From positions 1 through 20,800 of the forward strand of contig NIVC01005218.1 in assembly GCA_002269645.1 (NCBI GenBank): 20,800 nt of DNA, in the 5' to 3' direction. Position numbers and translations under genes: made by a program. Each line of letters begins with the position of its first letter. Within the stretch, counting starts at the first letter, position 1. This document shows, one piece after another, positions 10,250 to 20,800 of the stretch. Under the pieces are notes generated by a model. It ran no database searches, was not told the origin of the DNA, and was given only the letters and a program-made list of their open reading frames with translations. Origin of the DNA: Macrostomum lignano. Taxonomy: Eukaryota.

Positions 10250-11800
10250 CTAAATGCTTCACAATCTGAATGCTTCACAATCTGAATGCTTCACAAGCTC
10301 GATACTTCACAATCTAAATGCTTAAAAATCTGAATGCTTCAAAATCTGAATACTTCACAATCTGAATACTTCACAATCTGAATACTTCACAATCTGAATA
10401 CTTCACAATCTGAATACTTCACAATCTGAATACTTCACAATCTGAATACTTCACAATCTGAATACTTCACAATCTGAATAATTCACAATCTGAATACTTC
10501 ACAATCTGAATACTTCACAATCTGAATACTTCACAATCTGAATACTTCACAATCTGAATACTTCACAATCTGAATACTTCACAATCTGAATACTTCACAA
10601 TCTGAATACTTCACAATCTGAATACTTCACAATCTGAATAATTCACAATCTGAATAATTCACAATCTGAATACTTCACAATCTGAATACTTCACAAGCTC
10701 GATACTTCACAATCTGAATACTTCACAATCTGAATACTTCACAATCTGAATACTTCACAATCTAAATGCTTCAAAATCTGAATGCTTCACAATCTGAATA
10801 CTTCACAATCTGAATGCTTCACAATCTAAATGCTTCACAATCTGAATACTTCACAATCTGAATAATTCACAATCTGAATACTTCACAATCTGAATACTTC
10901 ACAATCTGAATAATTCACAATATGAATACTTCACAATCTGAATACTTCACAATCTGAATACTTCACAATCTGAATACTTCACAATCTGAATAATTCACAA
11001 TCTGAATACTTCACAATCTGAATACTTCACAATCTGAATACTTCACAATCTGAATAATTCACAATCTGAATACTTCACAATCTGAATACTTCACAATCTG
11101 AATACTTCACAATCTGAATACTTCACAATCTGAATACTTCACAATCTGAATACTTCACAATCTGAATACTTCACAATCTGAATACTTCACAATCTGAATA
11201 CTTCACAATCTGAATAATTCACAATCTGAATAATTCACAATCTGAATACTTCACAATCTGAATACTTCACAAGCTCGATACTTCACAATCTGAATACTTC
11301 ACAATCTGAATACTTCACAATCTGAATACTTCACAATCTAAATGCTTCACAATCTAAATGCTTCACAATCTGAATACTTCACAATCTGAATAATTCACAA
11401 TCTGAATACTTCACAATCTGAATACTTCACAATCTGAATACTTCACAATCTGAATACTTCACAATCTGAATACTTCACAATCTGAATACTTCACAATCTG
11501 AATGCTTCACAATCTGAATACTTCACAATCTGAATACTTCACAATCTGAATGCTTCACAATCTGAATACTTCACAATCTGAATACTTCACAATCTGAATA
11601 CTTCACAATCTGAATACTTCACAATCTGAATACTTCACAATCTGAATAATTCACAATCTGAATAATTCAAATTCTGAATAATTCACAATCTGAATACTTC
11701 ACAATCTGAATACTTCACAATCTGAATACTTCACAATCTGAATACTTCACAATCTGAATACTTCACAATCCGAATACTTCACAATCCGAATACTTCACAA
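10250..11800. repeat. Minisatellite, 16-nt unit TCTGAATACTTCACAA, ~97 copies
   Basis: Unit starts at 10297, 10697, 11273 and 11769 all share the same phase modulo 16. Confidence 0.98.
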
Positions 11801-12130
11801 GCTTCAGAAAGATTAAAAATTTTAAGTGTGAGCACTAAAAAAACATTGAACGTATTCTATATTCTATTAATACTGTGGGATTATCGAAGACTACTGGATT
11901 TTTTAAACCGAAGTTCCAGTCCCATAAGCCTGAAAGCAAACAGAAGGATTTGTTATAGCTGGGTCAACTCTTCTAAGGGATAAACTGGGGCACGTGCTAA
12001 ACGAAAAAGTGCTCTTGGACCGTCCGCAGCCTGCAGCCTAACCCGCCTAAGCCCGACACCAAAATTGGCTTGGTTAGTGAAACCGCTCTTCATGTAAACT
12101 GTTTGCGTGCTGCGCCACTTCGTAGATAAG

Positions 12131-12872
12131 ACTCCACTATCTAGTGTCTGGATTGGGGCAAGCGCTGGACTCCATTATCCACGGACTCCACTATCTAGTG
12201 TCTGGATTGGGGCAAGCGCTGGACTCCATTATCCATGGACTCCATTATCTAGTGTCTGGATTGGGGCAGGGCCACCCGATCCATGGATTCCACTATCTAG
12301 TGTCTGGATTGGGGCAGGGCCACCCGATCCATGGATTCCACTATCTAGTGTCTGGATTGGGGCAGCGCTACCATAGAACCATGGACTCCACGATCTAGAG
12401 TGTGGATTGGGGCAGGGCCACCCGATCCATGGACTCCACTATCTAGTGTCTGGATTGGGGCAGGGCCACCCGATCCATGGACTCCACTATCTAGTGTCTG
12501 GATTGGGGCAGCGCTACCATAGAACCATGGACTCCACGATCTAGTGTCTGGATTGGGGCAGGGCCACCCGATCCATGGACTCCACTATCTAGTGTCTGGA
12601 TTGGGGCAGCGCTACCATAGAACCATGGACTCCACGATCTAGAGTGTGGATTGGGGCAGGGCCACCCGATCCATGGACTCCACTATCTAGTGTCTGGATT
12701 GGGGCAGCGCTACCATAGAACCATGGACTCCACGATCTAGAGTGTGGATTGGGGCAGGGCCACCCGATCCATGGACTCCACTATCTAGTGTCTGGATTGG
12801 GGCAGGGCCACCCGAACCATGGACTCCACGATCTAGAGTCCGGACTGGTACAGCGCTACCCAAACCATGGAC
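12131..12872. repeat. Composite minisatellite of 54-, 48- and 50-nt units sharing the core CCATGGACTCCACTATCTAGTGTCTGGATTGGGGCAG, ~15 copies
   Basis: Two 54-nt units come first (12131, 12185). Then 48-nt (...GGCCACCCGAT) and 50-nt (...CGCTACCATAGAA) units alternate, giving a 98-bp dimer (12635 to 12733). Confidence 0.95.
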
Positions 12873-13430
12873 AAAAAACAACTGTCCAAAATCAAGGATG
12901 TCTAAAATCCGGGATTCAAACCGGAAACGGCTGGCTCAAATTTGGATTGGATCAAAGATGTCTAAGATATAAAATTTGGATTGGAAACCTCTGATCTCGA
13001 GCTAGGCTAAATGTTACCTTCTTGGTGGCTGGGAACTGCAAAAACCACTAAAAACAACTTGTCAAGCCTAATAAACAAAATCTGAGATTGACAAGAAACA
13101 ATCGATCCCCTATGCCCTATGGATTGGGAGAAATGCTGTTCTTCCCTGTCATCAGTCCCAGCATCAAAACATCAAAACCTTAATTAGATGATTTGTGACA
13201 GGCAGTCCGGCCCCCCAATAGACAAGGCCCCTTATTAATAACATGATCCAAAATAGGACAAATTGTACATTTGTATTATTCCTCAGGTTTATTAGACGTA
13301 GGGAAATTCCTTAACAATCGTCAATATATCTTAAAGCAACCCAGACTTTACATATTCGATGTGGTAAGAATTTAAATATCCCAACACATAGATAAAAGAG
13401 TTTTACAGACTCAAAGACATTAGATCTTTA

Positions 13431-14500
13431 TTCCCGAATCCCCCCATTCCCCAAATCCCAAGATTCCCCAAATCCCAGATTCCCCAAATCCCCAGATTCC
13501 CAAATCCCCAGATTCCCTAAATCCCCATATTCCCCAAATCCCCAGATTCCCTAAATCCCCAGATTCCATAAATCCCCAGATTCCCCAAATCCCCAGATTC
13601 CCCAAAATCCCCAGATTCCCCAAATCCCCAGATTCCCTAAATCCCCAGATTCCCCAAATCCCCAGATTCCCTAAATCCCCAAATCCAAATCAGAACCCAA
13701 ATCAGATTCCCTAAATCCCCAGATTCTCCAAATCTCAGATTCCCTAAATCCCCATATTCCCCAAATCCCCAGATTCCCTAAATCCCCAGATTCCCCAAAT
13801 CCCCAGATTCCCCAAATCCCCAGATTCCCCAAATCTCCAGATTCCCTAAATCCCCAGATTCCCCAAATCCCCAGATTCCCTAAATCCCCAGATTCCCCAA
13901 ATCCCCAGATTCCCTAAATCCCCAGATTCCCCAAATCCCCAGATTCCCTAAATCCCCAGATTCCCCAAATCCCCAGATTCCCTAAATCCCCAGATTCCCT
14001 AAATCCCCAGATTCCCCAAATCCCCAGATTCCCCAAAATCCCCAGATTCCCCAAATCCCCAGATTCCCCAAATCTCCAGATTCCCCAAATCCCCAGATTC
14101 CCCAATTCCCCAGATTCCCTAAATCCCCAAATCCAAATCAGAATCCAAATCAGATTCCCTAAATCCCCATATTCCCCAAATCCCCAGATTCCCTAAATCC
14201 CCAGATTCCCCAAATCCCCAGATTCCCCAAATCCCCAGATTCCCTAAATCCCCAGATTCCCCAAATCCCCAGATTCCCCAAATCCCCAGATTCCCCAAAT
14301 CCCCAGATTCCCTAAATCCCCAGATTCCCCAAATCCCCAGATTCCCTAAATCCCCAGATTCCCCAAATCCCCAGATTCCCCAAATCCCCAGATTCCCTAA
14401 ATTCCCAGATTCCCCAAATCCCCAGATTCCGCAGATCCCCAGATTCCCTAAATTCCCAGATTCCCCAAATCCCCAGATTCCGCAGATCCCCAAATTCCCC
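13431..14500. repeat. Minisatellite, 17-nt unit CCCCAGATTCCC(C/T)AAAT, ~63 copies; G-tract rich on the - strand
   Basis: Unit read directly. Two CCAAATCAGAA(C/T)CCAAATCAG interruptions at ~13681 and ~14129. Confidence 0.96.
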
Positions 14501-15180
14501 ATCAATGTTATTCATATTCCCTTAGAACCCCTTAGATTCCTCAAGTGTTCAGTGCGTAGACTAATTGCCCCAACTATAAATTAAATTTATATTGAATTCG
14601 TTCTTGATATTCAGTAGGCGAAAAGGAGAAAAGATGAATCTCTGTATAAAATATTCATAGATTCGCTCGCGGATCTGCTGTCCCTCGAAAGCTCCCAACA
14701 ACATAATTAATCAATCTGCCAGCAGTTGCCGAGCTTAATAACTCAATTATGAGTGAAATTTCGCTGACACGAATATCATATGAGCTCTCACGACTGGGAT
14801 GGATTTCACAGCCTCTACGGTAGCTGAACCTGATCCAGCATCCTTCATCATTTTGTCAGTTGTTATTTTTGCATTGGCGGGACACGCAAGAGCCGAGCGC
14901 TGGTGACACTGCCATTTTTCATGTGGGATTTTTGTCTAAAAAAAGTGCTTCAAAACACTTCCCAACTATACCGTCTATATTTTCACATAACAAGTGGCTT
15001 TGTGTTATTGACTCTTTCTATCTTCTGAGAGCTTCTTCTTCTAGCAGCAATTCTTCAGCTGCGGTGGCCGATTAACATAATTATTCAAGCATGATGCTGC
15101 GGGGGAAATTGCACTGCATGCATTCTGCGCCAAGTAAGGCTCATCGTGATGTTCATAGCCAGTGTCTCCGTTCTCTGTCT

Positions 15181-16465
15181 TGTCCTCTCCTGTCCTGTCC
15201 TGTCCTGTCCTGTCCTGTCCTTTCCTGTCCTGTCCTGTCCTGTCCTGTCCTGTCCTGTCCTGTCCTGTCCTGTCCTGTCCTGTCCTGTCCTGTCCTGTCC
15301 TGTCCTGTCCTGTCCTGTCCTGTCCTGTCCTGTCCTGTCCTGTCCTGTCCTGTCCTGTCCTGTCCTGTCCTGTCCTGTCCTGTCCTGTCCTGTCCTGTCC
15401 TGTCCTGTCCTGTCCAGTCCTGTCCTGTCCTGTCCTGTCCTGTCCTCTCCTGTCCTGTCCTGTCCTGTCCTCTCCTGTCTGTCCTGTCCTCTCCTGTCCT
15501 ATCCTGTCCTTTCCTGTCCTATCCTGTCTTGCTCTGTCCTGTCCTGTCCTGTCCTCTCCTCTCCTCTCCTCTCCTCTCCTCTCCTCTCCTCTCCTGTCCT
15601 CTCCTCTCCTATCCTGTCCTCTACTCTCCTCTTCTGTCCTCTCCTGTCCTCTACTCTCCTGTCCTGTCCTGTCCTGTCCTGTCCTGTCCTGTCCTGTCCT
15701 GTCCTGTCCTGTCCTGTCCTGTCCTGTCCTGTCCTGTCCTGTCCTCTCCTGTCCTGTCCTGTCCTATCCTGTCCTGTCCTGTCCTGTCCTGTCCTCTCCT
15801 GTCCTCTCCTGTCCTGTCCTCTCCTGTCTGTCCTGTCCTCTCCTGTCCTATCCTGTCCTTTCCTGTCCTATCCTGTCTTGCTCTGTCCTGTCCTGTCCTG
15901 TCCTCTCCTCTCCTCTCCTCTCCTCTCCTCTCCTCTCCTCTCCTCTCCTGTCCTCTCCTCTCCTATCCTGTCCTCTACTCTCCTCTTCTGTCCTCTCCTG
16001 TCCTCTACTCTCCTGTCCTGTCCTGTCCTGTCCTGTCCTGTCCTGTCCTGTCCTGTCCTGTCCTGTCCTGTCCTGTCCTGTCCTGTCCTGTCCTGTTCTG
16101 TCCTGTCCTGTCCTGTCCTGTCCTGTCCTCTCCTGTCCTCTCCTGTCTGTCCTGTCCTGTCCTGTCCTGTCCTTTCCTGTCCTGTCCTTTCCTGTCCTGT
16201 CCTGTCCTGTCCTGTCCTGTCCTGTCCTGTCCTGTCCTGTCCTTTCCGTCCTGTCCTGTCCTGTCCTGTCCTGTCCTGTCCTGTCCTGTCCTGTCCTGTC
16301 CTGTCCTGTCCTGTCCTGTCCTGTCCTGTCCTGTCCTGTCCTGTCCTGTCCTGTCCTGTCCTGTCCTTTCCTGTCCTGTCCTTTCCTGTCCTGTCCTGTC
16401 CTGTCCTCTCCTGTCTGTCCTGTCCTGTCCTCTCCTGTCCTATCCTGTCCTTTCCTGTCCTCTCC
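15181..16465. repeat. Pentanucleotide microsatellite (TGTCC)n with (TCTCC)n blocks
   Basis: About 257 units, with an internal ~350-bp duplication marked by ATCCTGTCTTGCTC at 15521 and 15870. Confidence 0.98.
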
Positions 16466-17106
16466 ATCTTTGTCTCAATGGCTAACTACCTGCCCTAACA
16501 ACTCGCATTCAAATAAAACCATATTGAAGAAGCAGCAAATGTATGGCATGGATTTGAGGGGCATCAGAACGTCTACTTGACCACCAGGCCAGCTCCCCTC
16601 TGCTGCGCGCCGTGGGGACTTGAAATCCCCTATTTTCTGCCTTGGCCTTGGCGCAGCGTTCATTGCTCTGATTTTTATTTTGCAGATAAATTTTTTAAAT
16701 TTTAAATATTGAAAATTAATACTCATTTTGAGGAAAATAGTGTGTGACTCGCATATCTTGAAGATAAAATTGCCCGGATAATTTGAAAAAAATTAATTCA
16801 TGATTTCAAAAATTTTAGTTTGAATTGTACGAGGGTATTTAGGATAAGCCGGCATTTCAATTGAGATTGAGAAAATTATTTGTCTCATTCTACTAAAATA
16901 GGATCTCTGATTTCGCCAACGAATTTTTTTTGTTCATGATTTAAGCTCTAGAATGTACCGATTTCTTCTACTGACAGTAAGTAGACTGTGTTGAGAATAG
17001 CTGCCCCTGCCAACTCTGTGAGACAATAAAACAGCAACCTGCTCCAATCAAATCCCACACCAAACGAGCACAAGACAACTTTTATTCCCTCGCCACCTAC
17101 CTGCAC

Positions 17107-17182
17107 ACCTACCTACCTACCTACCTACCTACCTACCTACCTACCTACCTACCTACCTACGTACGTACCTACCTGCCTGCCT
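17107..17182. repeat. Tetranucleotide microsatellite (ACCT)n grading into ACGT/GCCT
   Basis: About 13 pure ACCT units, then GTACGTACCTACCTGCCTGCCT. Confidence 0.95.
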
Positions 17183-17206
17183 TTCCTCATGTCTTTTTGC
17201 CTGCTT

Positions 17207-18780
<1,574 letters not shown>

Positions 18781-19005
18781 TTTTTATGCAGCTGTATGGT
18801 CATAAATTTTAATTAGAAAGTTCTCTTTCCAGAAATGAATTTCCAGGGAAACCGAAGCGCAGCAACAAGAATGTTCAAATCCGGATTGACTGAGTTTGCA
18901 AATGAAGGAAGTCATTCAATTGAATTGTAGCTCTGGAAACCTTCATGTGGAAACAGAAGGAAATTAACTAATTCGCCGCGAGATGCAGAAAGAGAGGAGG
19001 CAGGA

Positions 19006-19051
19006 ATGAAAGAGCAATATATTCTGTGGGCCGGACTGAGCTGGTCAAAGG
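19006..19051 (+). CDS. Possible short upstream exon (MKEQYILWAGLSWSK) of the gene at 19357
   Basis: ATG at 19006 and a consensus donor AGG|GTGAGT at 19052. Splicing to the acceptor at 19327 joins in frame to the downstream exon, but there is a 1-in-3 chance of that by accident. Confidence 0.25.
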
Positions 19052-19281
19052 GTGAGTGCAGTGAGCGCGGGTCGGGGGTGGGGGGTCCTCCCAGCCTCGG
19101 GTTGATGACGAGTTGGCCGAAGACGCACCGCGCCAACAGCAAAAAATGATGGAGAGAAGAAAGGCGGAAAACCCCCCCTCCCCATTGTTCTGCGCAGGCA
19201 GTGTACGCCTAAGACCCTATATATTTTCAAGTTCGGGTTCAGAGGCTACTGCTCAAAAAGACCATAAGAAAGTACCTGTAA

Positions 19282-19616
<335 letters not shown>

Positions 19617-19620
19617 TGAG

Positions 19621-20668
19621 GGTGGGGTGTTGGGGGACTGGGGTGTTGGGGGACTGGGGTGTTGGGGGACTGGGGTGTTGGGGACTGGGGTGTTGGGGAC
19701 TGGGGTGTTGGGGACTGGGGTGTTGGGGGACTGGGGTTTTGAGGGATTGGGGTGTTGGGGACTGGGGTTTTGGGGACTGGGGACTGGGGTGTTGGGGACT
19801 GGGGTTTTGAGGGATTGGGGTGTTGGGGACTGGGGTTTTGGGGACTGGGGTGTTGGGGGACTGGGGTGTTGGGGACTGGGGTGTTGGGGAACTGGGGTGT
19901 TGGGGGACTGGGGTGTTGGGGACTGGGGTGTTGGGGACTGGGGTGTTGGGGGACTGGGGTGTTGGGGGACTGGGGTGTTGGGGGACTGGGGTGTTGGGGA
20001 CTGGGGTGTTGGGGACTGGGGTGTTGGGGGACTGGGGTTTTGAGGGATTGGGGTGTTGGGGACTGGGGTTTTGGGGGACTGGGGACTGGGGTGTTGGGGA
20101 CTGGGGTTTTGAGGGATTGGGGTGTTGGGGACTGGGGTTTTGGGGGACTGGGGACTGGGTGTTGGGGACTGGGGTGTTGGGGGACTGGGGTTTTGAGGGA
20201 TTGGGGTTGGGGACTGGGGTGTTGGGGGACTGGGGTGTTGGGGGACTGGGGTGTTGGGGGACTGGGGTTTTGAGGGATTGGGTGTTGGGGACTGGGGTGT
20301 TAGGGGACTGGGGTGTTAGGGGACTGGTGTGCTGGGGGATTGGGGTGTTAGGGGACTGGGGTGTTAGGGGACTGGGGTATTGGGGACTGGGGTGTTGGGG
20401 ACTGGTGTGCTGGAGACTGGTGTGCTGGGGGATTGGGGTGTTAGGGGACTGGGGTGTTAGGGGACTGGGGTATTGGGGACTGGGGTGTTGGGGGCTGGGG
20501 TGTTGGGAACTGGGGTGTTAGGGGACAGGGGTGTTGGGGGACTGGGTGTTGGGGACTGGGGTGTTAGGGGACTGGGGTGTTGGGGACTGGGGTGTTGGGG
20601 ACTGGGGTGTTAGGGGACTGGGGTGTTGTGGGACTGGCGTGTGAATTACTGGGGCGTTGGGGACTGGG
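19621..20668. repeat. G-rich minisatellite, ~15-16-nt unit GGGGACTGGGGTGTT, ~65-70 copies
   Basis: Unit read directly. TTTTGAGGGATTGGGG variants occur in the first two-thirds, and TTAGGGG variants from ~20300. Confidence 0.97.
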
Positions 20669-20800
20669 TATCTTTGGAGTTTTGTGGAGGTAGTATATGC
20701 TCGTGTCAAGGGACTGCTTGGTCGAAAAAGAGTTTTTAGACACCTGCGGATCGTAAGAATTCTGATTGTGAAATACCTGAGGATTGTCAGACACATGAGG

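Noticed and set aside
5769-12872. 26-50-nt repeats that might be taken for CRISPR arrays
   Set aside because: The units are head-to-tail with no unique spacers, there are no cas genes, and the context is eukaryotic.
16475-16726. Open frames on both strands in the spacer after (TGTCC)n
   Set aside because: No frame has a convincing acceptor-donor pair or a recognisable motif.
20720-20800. Possible next exon after TTTTTAG, or a degenerate LRIVR-coding repeat, at the window edge
   Set aside because: It is truncated by the window and two frames are open, so I cannot decide between them.

Overview
Eukaryotic (animal) genomic DNA, not prokaryotic. By my hand-added coordinates about 63% of the window (~13.2 kb) is tandem repeat: 12 arrays with unrelated units (24, 28, 26, 29, ~20, 16, 48/50, 17, 5, 4, 4 and 15 nt), mostly separated by 0.3-0.85 kb unique spacers. 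Nearly every long ORF in the supplied track is a repeat translation artefact. One clear gene is present: an intronless class A peptide-type GPCR of the somatostatin/allatostatin-C/opioid-receptor-like group (4010-5196, +, ~395 aa). It is split by a single 1-nt frameshift at ~4232-4238. A second, less certain coding exon (19357-19608, +) encodes a type II membrane protein N-terminus and may need the same one-base correction. Both breaks fall on the same sequence in the same codon phase (C-YGG-GCT-CC-R). A systematic sequencing/assembly error is the most likely cause, but a recoding or editing mechanism is testable. The repeat-dense layout with GC-rich, Ala/Gly-rich exons reminds me of the flatworm Macrostomum. 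That is an unverified guess.
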